Assembly: GCF_006345805.1 (NCBI RefSeq)
Contig: NC_043004.1
Location: forward strand, 89,776,001 to 89,840,000
From: Octopus sinensis
Taxonomy: Eukaryota
Direction of reading: 5' to 3'
DNA length: 64,000 bases
Under the pieces are notes generated by a model. The model was given only the letters and a program-made list of their open reading frames with translations. It was not told the origin of the DNA and ran no database searches. Both the position numbers and the translations under genes were made by a program. Of this stretch, positions 25,697 to 38,778 are shown piece after piece (position 1 is the stretch's first letter; every line of letters starts with the position of its first letter).

Positions 25697-26459
25697 TATT
25701 AGCTTGTTTCATATGAAATGTATTTGAAAGGTAACAATAAAATGTTTCAGAAGTGTTATTGAACTGATTTATTTAATCAAAGAATGATCCATGTTCATTT
25801 ATGAAGTTTACGCAACGTTTCTCTATGTCATATATTCCATCTTTAAAACAATTCGTCTTTACTACTTCAATTACCTCTTCTCTATTTAAGAATGTTTTAT
25901 TGCTCATGAAAAGTTCAAAATGCTTAAATAAGTCACAATCTCGCTCAGTTGATGTGGAACAAACCAATCTGTTTTCTTGACTTTTCCGATTTTTTACATG
26001 TGTCCAAAAACAGTTGAGCGAGATGTTTGGAGTTCTAATGAAAGTTTTCGAACCTTTGTTCTCAGATTTTGTTCAACCAAAGCATTTAATCCATAATGCC
26101 AATTAACTGATTTTGGCGTACCCCTTGGTTTATTTTCAAAGCTGTCATCTCCTGAGCGAGAGTTTTGGAACCATCTTTGAACAGTTCTGATGTCAACAAA
26201 ACCATTACCAAAGGCCCGCTTGATACTCGGTGGAGCGCCTGCGGTAGAGTGACCCAGTTTGTACTCATACGAGAAAATCACTCAACATAGTTTGGTTGTT
26301 ATCATTTTCATAAGGTCTGTGGGTACGAATTTTGTATACCAAAATTGTTGGGAAAGAAAAGCAGTCAAGATTAAGTGCAAGGTATACAAAATTGAATTTT
26401 TAAATGACTGAAATAACAAATAATTAAAAATGCGATATTTCACGTGAAACAACCTAATA
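25697..26459 (-). mobile_element. Internally deleted mariner element with both TIRs
   Basis: N-terminal HTH YEYKLGH..RTVQRWFQ.SRSGDDSFENKPRG (ORF 25994-26281); IGKVKKTDWFVPHQL (WVPHEL-like); jumps to DLFKHFELF..GIYDIEKRC..GSFFD (C-terminus); imperfect TIRs TATTAGCTTGTTTCATATGAAAT / ATTTCACGTGAAACAACCTAATA with TA flanks. Confidence 0.88.
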
Positions 26460-26519
26460 TAAAGAAGACAGCACTCAAGAACAAAGACGGGTTCACGGGA
26501 CAAAAGGTAAATGGAAAAG

Positions 26520-27310
26520 ATATGTGAAACCTTATACATAGTCTGGTCAGTGAAGGCTTTAAAGCGGATAAAATCCAGGAATAGATGACATAACAACGGA
26601 AATGTTGAACTCAGTTGAGATTCTATTCTCGAATTACTTCATTTCGGATACGCTCTCGAAATCATATTCCTAGGTCTTTCCATGGTCCTTTGCGTTGTAA
26701 CCCATCGATGTTATTCACATTTCGTGGTAGCCTATAACTCCCGCACGTATAATAGTGATGGAAGGACGGTGCCATCGAAGAGATTTAACATGTAAGGTCT
26801 TGTCCAGCTTTGCTTTCAGCACGTAAAAGTAAACGCCTTCTATTTTCCCCCTTGCTCTCCTTGAGACTGTATCTCGGCACATATTCATTGTATACCCAAA
26901 ATGGATGTGTTCCTTTACCCCATCGCTTCCCACTTCTACGTTTTTGCACCGCTTGTATTTTGTTTCATGCGGTTCATTTTATGATTTACTGCTAAGATAT
27001 GAGTGTCCATTTCTTTCTGCATGGTTTACAAGTTATCTATGGTTTCGATGATGAGTACGGTGTCTACAAATCGGAAATGACATCACCTATCCAGTCAATG
27101 TCTTTGTCCAGTTAATTTCACCGATGACCATTTGTAAACATGCTGAGCGTTGGAGAGATGGTGTGTTTGTTTGATGCCGCTCTCAATGAGAATTCTCATG
27201 AGTGACGATAACAGAGCTATATCACAATGGTATATCCGAAGTTCGCATTCCCGAGCAGCTTGGCCCGTTGTGACTTGATTCTTTGTGTCTCCAGATATTT
27301 TCTCTGGAAT
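26520..27310 (-). mobile_element. Degenerate RTE-clade LINE RT fragment
   Basis: Manual translation: GIKQ, HFRFVDTVLIIETIDNL*TMQKEM (LRFADD-like), DLGI*FRERIRNEVIR. Confidence 0.65.
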
Positions 27311-28612
27311 TACACGCGCTCACACACACACACACGCACACATGCACGCACGCATGCACACACAAGCACACACACAAACAAACACACACACACACACACA
27401 TTCACGCACACATGCACACACATACATACACACACAAACACATGCACGCACGCATGCACACACAAGCACACACACAAACAAACACACACACACACACACA
27501 CATTCACGCACACATGCACACACATACATACACACACACACATGCACGCACGCACACACAAGCACACACACAAACAAACACACACACACACATACACACA
27601 CACATGCACGCACGCATGCACACACACACAACAAACACACACACACACATACACATACACATGCACACACAAGCACACACACAAACAAACACACGCACAC
27701 ACATACACACACACATGCACGCACGCATGCACACACACAAACAAACACACATACACACATACACGCACACATGCACACAAAGCACACACACAAACAAACA
27801 CACACACACACATACACACACACATGCACACACAAGCACACACAAACAACACACGCACACACATACACACACACATGCACGCACGCATGCACACACACAA
27901 ACAAACACACATACACACATACACGCACACATGCACGCACGCATGCACACACAAGCACACACACAAACAACACACACACACACATACACATACACATGCA
28001 CACAAGCACACACACAACAAACACACGCACACACATACACCACACATGCACGCACGCATGCACACACACAAACAAACACACATACACACATACACGCACA
28101 CATGCACGCACGCATGCACACACAAGCACACACACAAACAAACACACACACACACATACACATACACATGCACACACAAGCACACACACAAACAAACACA
28201 CGCACACACATACACACACACATGCACGCACGCATGCACACACACAAACAAACACACATACACACATACACGCACACATGCACGCACGCATGCACACACA
28301 AGCACACACACAAACAAACACACACACACACACATACACATACACATGCACACACAAGCACACACACAAACAAACACACGCACACACATATACACACACA
28401 TGCACGCACGCATGCACACACACAAACAAACACACATACACACATACACGCACACATGCACGCACACATGCACGCACGCATGCACACACAAGCACACACA
28501 CAAACAAACAAACACACACACACACACACACACACATTCACGCACACATGCACACACATACATACACACACACACACATGCACGCATGCACACACAAACA
28601 CACACAAACACA
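27311..28612. repeat. 1.3-kb CA-rich compound minisatellite with higher-order units
   Basis: Recurring blocks CACATGCACGCACGCATGCAC, ACAAGCACACACACAAACAAAC and CACATACACACATAC. Confidence 0.95.
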
Positions 28613-28960
28613 CAGGGTGCGAAAAGTTTTTGAGTACATATTAAGTAATAACCTGAATTAGTTCTATTTTAGTAAAAAACGATATTCATTTTAATAACAA
28701 TGTGTGCTCATGTTCTCGATAAGCTCTCTTTTAAGATCTACGTATGATGAATCCACCTTCGGATTTGATGACTGTTTCAATGCGGGACCAGAATTCGTTG
28801 ACATACCTGCCAAAAAATGATCCTTATTCATTTCGAACATCACATGGACAATGGCGGCTTTCAGTGAAGCAATGCTGTCTCCCTTTCAACGATGTTCCAA
28901 ATATAGTAGTCCATGGTCTTTAAATCTGGTATATAATTGGCATCAGTTCTATCGAAACGT
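28613..28960 (-). mobile_element. Tc1/mariner (maT/DD37D-like) 3' end
   Basis: IPDLKTMDYYIWNIVERET (SPDLNPLDY..W..VE-like) and EFWSRIETVIKSEGGFI; terminal CAGGGTG TIR start. Confidence 0.7.
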
Positions 28961-29058
28961 TGTATTTTAGTCTGTGCATGTATTTGTACCTGTGTGCCTG
29001 CATACGTATGACTGTGTGTGAATATACATGTATACTTTCTGGTAGATTCTTTACATAT

Positions 29059-29230
29059 AGGCGTAGGAGTGGCTGTGTGGTAAGTAGCATGCTTACCAAC
29101 CACATGGTCCCGGGTTCAGTCCCACTGCGTGGCACCTTGGGCAAGTGTCTTCTACTATAGCCTCGGGCCGACCAAAGCCTTGTGAGTGGATTTGGTAGAT
29201 GGAAACTGAAAGAAGCCCGTCGAATATATG

Positions 29231-29292
<62 letters not shown>

Positions 29293-29477
29293 ACAACCGA
29301 TGCTGGTGTGTTTACGTCCCCGTAACTTAGCGGTTTGGCAAAAAGACCGATAGAATAAGTACTAGGCTTCCAAAGAATAAGTCCTGGGGTAGATTTGCTC
29401 GACTAAAGGCGGTGCTCCAGCATGGCCACAGTCAAATGACTGAAACAAGTAAAAGAGTAAAAGAGAAAGAGTAAAGA
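29059..29477 (+). mobile_element. SINE family A copy
   Basis: Complete head AGGCGTAGGAGTGGCTGTGTGG through the AAAAGAGTAAAAGAG tail. Confidence 0.9.
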
Positions 29478-29787
29478 TATATATAGTTAACCAGAGACTA
29501 ATGTCTTATACTCTATAAGTTTAGAGAAGGTAATTATGAATCTCTTCGGTGGTGCCTTTAACGTATGACATATATCTTTCAACAAATATTTTATTCGGGG
29601 AATTTAGTTATTTGTAACGAAACCGTCTGTCAAGACGCGTAAACACACATATACACACACGTACACGTGCGCCCATCATTAGCTGCGTGCCTTGCGCTAA
29701 ATGTGAACTTTTTTTTTGTGTGCTAAGTAGTCACGAATAGAAACAGATAGCTTCGCCACTCGCTCATCATGTGAAACTGCCAATAAG

Positions 29788-30186
<399 letters not shown>

Positions 30187-31044
30187 ACAACACCAACACA
30201 TATAATCACGCTAAAATGTTATACTAAACTACTTTGCATACACTAGATACTTTTAGGCCAGTAGTTGATCATGTCACATTTAATAACAAGACATCAGTAA
30301 AAGGGAAAATGTCACCAGATTATTTACTTGATATTTTTCAGAAAATACATGTATCTATATTATAATTTCACCTCTTTGAATTGTATCCAGTAATGTCTAC
30401 TGAACATATGCAATTGAGCTTTATATATATATAGGCGTCACTTGGATATATAATGAATATTACTGTACACTAGATATTTATTTATATGCCAATATGCTTT
30501 ATGCCTTAGTGTTTACATTTACATTTGCCATGTTTTTATGAGTATAAACCCGATGAATGTTCATTAGCATATCGTTTTTAATGTCATGAAATATCAGAAA
30601 TGACTACATTTCTAATTTTATGAACGAAACGTCATCTTATACATTTACTTTGCGTATTGAGATATTTTACTGAAATATTAAAGCAAGCTACACGGTGGAT
30701 CGTTATAGGTATAATATTGTAGATATTGACGACCCAAGAGTAAAATAAAAGAGAAAGCTACATAATGGCATATTTTCACGTGTTTCCATTCCTACAAATT
30801 ATAATAAAATAATTACTTCTAATTAAAGCTACTCTACGGCAAGTTGTGACGTTCAATTTGAGAATCGGGAATTTTTGCAGCTTCATTAAAAAAAAAGCCG
30901 TAAAGGAGTAGAAAATGCAGGTTGTGAGATGTTGATAATTAATTTAATTGACCCTGCCATGAGGAATCCTGCTTTTATTAGAATTAAATAAGTAAATTAA
31001 CGAAGCAAACCATTGCCATTTCTCCCGCTACACTCAGTAGTAAT

Positions 31045-31525
31045 AATAGTTTCAAATTTAGGCACAAAGCCAGCAGGTTCGGGGAAGGGGTTAAGTCGAT
31101 TACATCGACCCCAGACTTCAACTCGGCGGTAATAATAACAATAATCCTTTCTATTATAGGCACAAAGGGAGGAGACTAGTCGATTACATCGACCCAGCGA
31201 TACCTGGTATTTACTTCATCGACCTCCAAAGGATGAAGATGAAAGGCTAAGTTGACCAAGCGGAATTTGAGCTCAGGACGTAAAGACGGACGAAATAATA
31301 ATAATAATAATAATAATGGTTTCAATTTTGGTACAAGGTCAGCAATTTTAATGGAGCCGGGGTAATCGATTATATTGACCTCAATATTCAACTGGTACTT
31401 ATTTTAATCGACCCTGAAAGGATGAAAGGCAAAGACGGCCCTGGTAGCATTTGAACTCAGAACGCAAAGACGGACGAAATGCCGCTAAGCATTTTGCCCG
31501 GCGTGCTGACGATTCTGTCGTCTCG
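31045..31525 (-). mobile_element. Cluster of three diverged SINE family B fragments with (ATT)n tails
   Basis: Repeated GGCACAA..GTCGATTACATCGACC..GAAAGGATGAAAGG..GAACTCAG..GACGAAAT separated by (AAT)n. Confidence 0.75.
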
Positions 31526-33297
31526 CCAGCTCAATAATAACAACAACAGCAACAACAACAATAATAATAATAACAATAATATTAATAATAATCCCTTCTG
31601 CTATAGGCTTCAAAATTTGGAGGATGAGGATAGTCAAGATCTATACTGTTTGGCTTCCACATTTAATTTCTTCAATTTTTTTGTACCAATTGATTTCATA
31701 TTGGATGTGTTGATGTAGTTTTATATGGTAATCATTGACAGGAAATTCATTTTCGCCATAAATAGATAAATAAAGAGTTAATAGCTTTTAAAGTTTGCGA
31801 ATTTTTGATAATTTTAACCAATCGAAAGCCAGTCACATAGCTTCCAGTTTCAATTGTTGCGGAGCCTCTTGCCCACGTGGTCATTTTTCTCTTATTAAAT
31901 GCTTAAAACACAGGTGGTCATGATATGTGCTAAACATATTTGCTAAATAGGACTTAAATCGCACACCAATTTTTTCTTTCACAATCGTATGAATTCCTGT
32001 GTATAAAAAACAAATTTGCAAAAAATATTTCTGAAAATTCCAAAAAATAAATAAGTTATGAGGGATTATATAGCGTGCGTAAAGCAGAATCCCGCCAATT
32101 TGTTTGCAGTTGATAAAATATGCAGTCACGCACAAAAGAACAGCTCCCAAATCCTGTTTTCTGACTGGGTAAAAATGATCAAACTTTAAACCTTTGTAAC
32201 TTTACAAAAAGAATTTTCCGGAAAAGGTGAATTAGCCCCTGAGATTCAGCGTGGAAAATTACATTAATACATCGAATTTTAAAATTTCCACAAAACTTTA
32301 AATTTCCACAGGTGCACCCAAACAGCAAAGATCTGCTAGTCGATTACATCGACCTCAGTACTCGACTGGTACATATTTTATCAGTTTCGGAAGGATGAAA
32401 GGTAAAGTCGACCTCAGCGGGATTTAAACTCATAATAATAATGATGATGATGATGATGATGATGATGACTATTTTTTGTGTAGGTAAAAAGACTTTTTGT
32501 AAGTGAAGAGGCTGTATTCGTATAGAATACCAAAGTATATTACTGGTAGTTATGTTATCGATTCAGGAGGAATGAAGACAAAATTAGTTACGATGTTCAT
32601 TGAAGCCAACGAACTTTGAAGACAGTCAGTTTGTCTCTCACAATTGTAGTGCAACCAAACAGATGTACTTAGATTTAGAATAATTGTAACAAAACAACAA
32701 AAATAACAATGAAAAAAAATAGTAGAGGAAATGTATTTTTCACACTTATAATTCTTTTATAATTCAATATACATTCCCATTGTCACTATTGCTTCTTTTG
32801 GTAACCGACAAAATTTAAAATAATTTTTACCACGGTTAAATGTAGGAAAAGTAGTTGCTGGGACATAATTTAATTCTGTCCCATTTCCAGGCATCGTTTT
32901 AAAATATGAACAGTATTGCACTTCCATTAGGACACAATAGTGTCAAAGAAGATGTCAAACAGATAGGTGTGCAGTTCAATTACTTTTCATAGAAACCTTC
33001 AGCAGTCGGCTGTGTCCTGTCTCTCGCTTATACTTAGTGTTGTAGGCCTTGCTTCTTGCATCCCTCAGGCTCTCGTCATCCTAACTAAAGCGAGGGTTTA
33101 CACGTGCGACCTACATTAGTTTCTATGAAATATCTTGCTCTCTGTTTCTTCTGCATCACTGCTTTGCGTTTGAACACGTTTCTCTCGATTCAGTAAATCT
33201 TTAGAAATTCGAAAACGATAATTATAGCAATGACAAACTTAGTGCTCCACTAAAACATCTATTTCTGGAACACCAGAAGTGCTTCAACAATCAACGT

Positions 33298-33425
33298 ATC
33301 TTCTTCTTCTTCTTCTTCTTCTTCTTCTTCTTCTTCTTCTTCTTCTTCTTCTTCTTCTTCTTCTTCTTCTTCTTCTTCTTCTCCTCCTCCTCCTCCTCCT
33401 TCTTCTTCTCCTCCTCCTACACCTC
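33298..33425. repeat. (CTT)n/(CTC)n microsatellite
   Basis: Direct read. Confidence 0.95.
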
Positions 33426-34429
33426 CTTCTCCTTCTTCACCCCTTCCTCTTCCTCTTATTCATCCTTCTTTTACTGCTTCTACTGCTAGACAATAAAATT
33501 TAGGGAGCACGCTACTATTCGACTACTATTCAACTATTATCGTTAGTACGCATAATTCAGTAATTATAAACATAACTGGTCACAATAACATTAACGTGTT
33601 GACAACTTTCATTCTAATCAGTGTAATGCAAATCAGAAATGATTTTTCTGCCAAATAGAATTATCGTATCAAAATCAGAAAGAACTGTCAGAATATTGAG
33701 CCAATGATTAAGCTCCTGTGTGATCGCTTGACTTCTAGAAATAGTAGCTAAATGTATCCCAGATCACACGATGTCATCTCTAAGCAAGAAGAACGCATAA
33801 CGACAAGGAGGCTATAACCTGAAAACCTAGAAATATTGTGCCTCTGATTTATCAGGTTTGATATGAGACTAAACAATTCCCACAGTATTCATAAAAATAT
33901 AGAATTGATCCGCTACCATTAATTGAATATTTTCTCGAACATATTTGAACACAATACTACGAATTTATACTTGCATACCCAGTTTAATGGAAAAGAGTAA
34001 GACTTGATTCTAGCTCTAATTAAAATTAACATATTGGTGTTCATATTATAGTTGAGTTAATTGATTTAATTCTAACTGGCTTAAGCAGATATTTTTTATT
34101 CTTTTATTTTATAAGAACTAATTGTTACATATCGTGAGCTACATATCTCCTTGTTCTGCCAGCAAAATTGAACATGAGACTACTTTCATTTTTGCCATTA
34201 TTCAGCATTTTTATTCTTTTATTTTGCTTCAATAAGCCACTTCAAAATACAATGATCTCAGAATTAAAATAAGCTAGATATGAAAATAAAAATGGTACCA
34301 ATATATATCTACGTATAGTCAATCAATGGTAGCAGATCAAAACTATAATCAGTTATTTCTCACTTAATCCCATGTCAGCTCTGATCAAGCATATCCTCAA
34401 AATCTTTCTAGCAATGCTTTTCCTGTCAG

Positions 34430-35088
34430 CTGGTGGTTGGAAATAAGGTAATGGATGACTCGTCCGAGAAAATAATTTTCTTCCACTGCTCTAGGGACTA
34501 ATTCTGTAAGTTTTTACTCCACTCTAAACGCTTTGTAACGTTTGTTTTTGAAAGTAGTAGTTTTCTGATTGCAGCCCTCCCGTGAAATCCGGCTTTGTGC
34601 AGCTCCTGGCGAACAGTTTTTGTGGAAACTGGGCTCTCGAGGTGGTTAGTAAGTTCTGCAGTAATTTTGGGAGCTGTACTTTTGTGATCCTTTCTAACAA
34701 TTCGCGTAAGAGTCCGATGGTCCCAATCTGAAAATTTTGGTTTCTTTCTGGAATTTTGTTTCGACGAGGTTTTTCCCTCTTTCTTTACTTTTGAGACAGT
34801 ACTTCTTGATACATCAAACATTTCGGCAGTTTTCGTTACGCTAGCGCCTGCCATACGAGCACCAACAATTTGACCTCTTTGAAAGTCCGATAGATCTGTC
34901 ATTTTAATGAATTTTAATAACCTTTGTTCTGATGATATCTGAAAAGAAACAGCAATTTTAGCGCAAAATATTAAGCAACACTAATAATAAATAAAAAAAA
35001 GCATAAAAATAAACAAGCTTTTGACGGTTTTATAGATATTTCAAAATTATGATGCTAGGTGTTTCCATTATTTTGTCCAACCTCGGTA
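34430..35088 (-). mobile_element. Tc1-like transposon 5' half (TIR, paired HTH, first catalytic D)
   Basis: ORF 34498-34902 MTDLSDFQRGQIVGARMAGASVTKTAE.., followed by WKKIIFSDES; TIR CGAGGTTGGACAAAATAATGGAAACACC with TA at 35087-35088. Confidence 0.88.
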
Positions 35089-35516
35089 TATATATAATTA
35101 CATTCTTAGCTTGCAAGAATGACCGTGGCACACCTTTATATTCCTTAACACAAATTGGTTTCAAATTTTGGCACAAGACCAGTAAGTCGATTACATCGAG
35201 CCCAACTGATACTTATTTTATCGATCTCGAAAGGTTGAAAGGCAAAGTCATCTTCGGCGAAAATGTCATAGAGACTTATTGTCAGCTGAATAACTAAACT
35301 GGCTACTAAAAGATCGCATATAATTCGATAGTACTTTAGCCTGTCTATGAATGGTATGTGAGGCATTATTATTGTTGATTCAACATAAAATAATCAAAAA
35401 CAAATAGCTTCAATATATTACAAATACATCATTGCATTATAAAACTAATAAATATTGTAATCCTTGTATTTGAATATATTTTTACAGGTGAATTTTAACT
35501 ATAGGTTTGTATATGT

Positions 35517-35750
35517 AAAGGCGGCTAGCTGGCAGAAACGTTAGCACGCCGGGCGAAATTCGTAGCCGTATTTCGTCTGTCGTTACGTTCTGAGTTCAAA
35601 TTCCGCCGAGGTCGACTTTGCTTTTCATCCTTTCGGGGTCGATAAATTAAGTACCAGTTACGCACTGGGGTCGATATAATCGACTTAATCCGTTTGTCTG
35701 TCCTTGGTTGTCCTCTCTGTGTTTAGCCCCTTGTGGGTAGTAAAGAAATA
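35517..35750 (+). mobile_element. SINE family B full copy with 17-bp TSD
   Basis: TSD TATAGGTTTGTATATGT at 35500-35516 and 35751-35767. Confidence 0.92.
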
Positions 35751-36423
35751 TATAGGTTTGTATATGTGATCAGAACCAAACCGATAAATTCCATTCCCGA
35801 AAATGATCTTCTAGGGATAAATCGCAACAAAAATGCACAGCTTATGGAGGCGGGAAATCCGTTATGTGTATTAGTGTGTGTATGTGTGCTCGCGCGCGAC
35901 TGTGTCTGTGATTTGCTGTGTCGGCGTGTGTATGTATATAATGTATATAATAATATACTCGTTTGGATGCACAAAGAGGAGAAAAGATTTTATTGTTTGT
36001 TCGAAGCTGAGGATTCACTTTGTTACTCAGAGTTTCTTGACAAATGCGATGTTTGAAAGTGTTTTAGTATTGACAAAATCTGCAGCAATGTAATTATAAA
36101 AATTATTCGTAACGGAGAAATATAATTTGTAAAAGAAAACAAAAGCTTGACAGAATACCTCGTGATGTCCATAATTAATAATATGTATTTAATATTTAGA
36201 GTCAATTTTGCATCTCAGTTACATATTCTTTGATCGCAGTTAATTTCTTCTAATTAGACCGAGATTCTGAAGTCGATTAAATCACAACTGTATTTTATCG
36301 ATTTCAGAAGAATTAAAACATCAAGTTGATTCAGTGGGTTTTTCAGTTCAATATTGAAGCTGCCAAACTTAATGTTATAAAATATTTCCTTTGCTCTTAG
36401 TCATTTTAATATTTAACCATATT

Positions 36424-36958
36424 AAGGCGGCGAGCTGACAGAATTGTTAGCACGCTGGACAAAATGCTCAGCGAAATTTCGTCTGTCTTTACGTTCTGAG
36501 TCGACTTTGCTTTCATTTTTTCAGGATCGATAAAATAAGTACCTATTTCTTTATTACCCACAAGGGGCTAAACACAGTGAGGACAAACAAGGACAGACAT
36601 AGGTATTAAGTCGATTACATCGACCCCAGTGCGTAACTGGTACTTAATTTATCGACCCCGAAAGGATGAAAGGCAAAGTCGACCTCGGCGGAATTTGAAC
36701 TCACAACGTAACGCAGACGAAATACCTATTTCTTTATTACCCACAAGGGGCTAAACATAGAGGGGACAAACAAGGACAGACATAGGTATTAAGTCGATTA
36801 CATCGACCCCAGTGCGTAGCTGGTACTTAATTTATCGACCCCGAAAGGATGAAAGGCAAAGTCAACCTCGGCGGAATTTGAACTCACAACGTAACGACAG
36901 ACGAAATACCGCTAAGCATTTTGCCCGGCGCGCTAACGATTCTGCCAGCTCACCGCAC
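36424..36958. mobile_element. Nested SINE family B: plus-strand head interrupted by two tandem minus-strand copies
   Basis: Junctions TAAGTAC|CTATTTC (36543) and GAAATAC|CTATTTC (36726). Confidence 0.85.
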
Positions 36959-37549
36959 CATCGATTTACCCACTCTCCTGGAACCACTGGCCTTGTACTA
37001 AAATTTGAAATCAATATTTAATCATATTACGGCGGTGAGCTGGCAAAATTGTTTACGCGCCGGGAAAAATACTTACCGGCATTTCTTTCAACTTTAAACC
37101 AAATGCAGCCGTGGTCAATAAAATAATTCAGGGCCAATAAAATAATTAATAGTTGAGCACAGGGGTCGATGTAACAGACTTACCCTTTCCCCGAAACTGC
37201 CGGCCTAGACCCAAAATTTGAAACCAATATTTAACCATATTCACCTTTTTGCACCCCTGTACATTGCTCATGGAAAAACTATGTCATTTGAGACAGTTAA
37301 CCACCACGTGAAATTTCAGAACTATACAGTTTATAATTAATGTTAAGTCTTTAGCAACTGTTATAGTGGGGATCCGACCCTGTCACTGAGTGTAAATATG
37401 CCATAATAGGATTTAAAGATTAAGAACGTAAACTTACTGCCACATTGTCACAAATTACAGTGTGTTGGAAAATTTACGGTTTTATTTTTTAAATGCACGT
37501 CAATCAAAATTCTGCTTGAAGCAATGACATTACTATTATGATATGAGCC

Positions 37550-37605
37550 CAATGTGAAACCTCAATGTGAAACCTCAATGTGAAACCGCAATGTGAAACC
37601 TCAAT
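37550..37605. repeat. 13-bp tandem repeat (CAATGTGAAACCT) x4.3
   Basis: Direct read. Confidence 0.9.
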
Positions 37606-37727
37606 ATCTTCATATCTGTTGTTAAAATCATATTGTTTTATGTTTTAGTTTTCTCTGCAGGTTTTGAGCGTTGCCGGTTTTAGTTACTGACATCCCGATC
37701 ATGCAACAGTTACCTTGCAAATATATA

Positions 37728-37807
37728 CAGCAATCCCTCGACTATCGCGGGTGTTATGTTTCAAAAACCCCGCGATTGGTGAACCGCGATATGGCGAGGG
37801 ATTACTG
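37728..37807. mobile_element. 80-bp pogo/Tigger-type MITE
   Basis: TIRs CAGCAATCCCTCG / CGAGGGATTACTG, flanked by TA on both sides. Confidence 0.8.
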
Positions 37808-38387
37808 TATATATTTGTGTGTCTGTGTGTATGTATTTACATATATGTATAAATGTTTGCATATATATATGATTATGCATGTGTGTGTGTGTATGTATGT
37901 ATGTATATATATATATATATGTGTGTGTATGTGTGTGTGAACACACACGCACGCACGCTCACGCACACACACACGCACGCACACACACACACACACACAC
38001 TTAATTTTTCTGCGAAGTCCTTGATTATATTTAAAACTGTGACACAGTTAAGTCGTATATAAATTCATGGAAACACATGGCTTATTGCAATTTGCTTCAT
38101 TTAACGAAAAGCGATTAAAGATTCTTCATAAATGTGTCAAATCTAAGACCCAACACCGCCTCTGGCAAAACAATGTGCCCGTTACATTCCCAACAAGCGT
38201 CTCAACGAGATAAAAAAAAAATATGATGAATCTAATTATGGCCAACATCAGTGTTAAGGCTGCCATACTTAATTAAGAAGAAAAATGAAGCAGAAAAGGA
38301 ATCAGTGGGTCTTTTATTTTTATCTATTTATCTATTTATTTATTTATTATTACTTATTACATCTTCGAAATATATTGATATTTGATA

Positions 38388-38778
38388 TGGATGGATGGAA
38401 GCACTCCGTCGGTTACGACGACGAGGGTTCCGGTTGATCCGATCAACGGAACAGCCTGCTCGTGAAATTAACGTGTGAGTGGCTGAGCACTCCACAGACA
38501 CGTGTACCCTTAACGTAGTTCTCGGGGATATTCAGCGTGACACAGAGAGTGACAAGGCCGGCCCTTTGAAATACAGGTACAACAGAAACAGGAAGTAAGA
38601 GTGAGAGAAAGTTGTGGTGAAAGAGTACAGCAGGGATCACCACCATCCCCTGCCGGGACCTCGTGGAGCTTTTAGGTGTTTTCGCTCAATAAACACTCAC
38701 AACGTCCGGTCTGGGAATCGAAACCGCGATCCTACGACCGCGAGTCCGCTGCCCTAACCACTGGGCCATTGCGCCTCC
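38388..38778 (-). mobile_element. SINE family C copy with (TCCA)n tail
   Basis: Reverse complement is near-identical to 15562-15949. Confidence 0.9.

Noticed and set aside
27227-28661. Six ORFs of 369-468 aa
   Set aside because: Translations of the CA-rich minisatellite (H/T or V/C/M runs); no protein signal.
31860-32320. Possible non-autonomous DNA transposon
   Set aside because: TE-like composition, but I could not find matching TIRs or a TSD.
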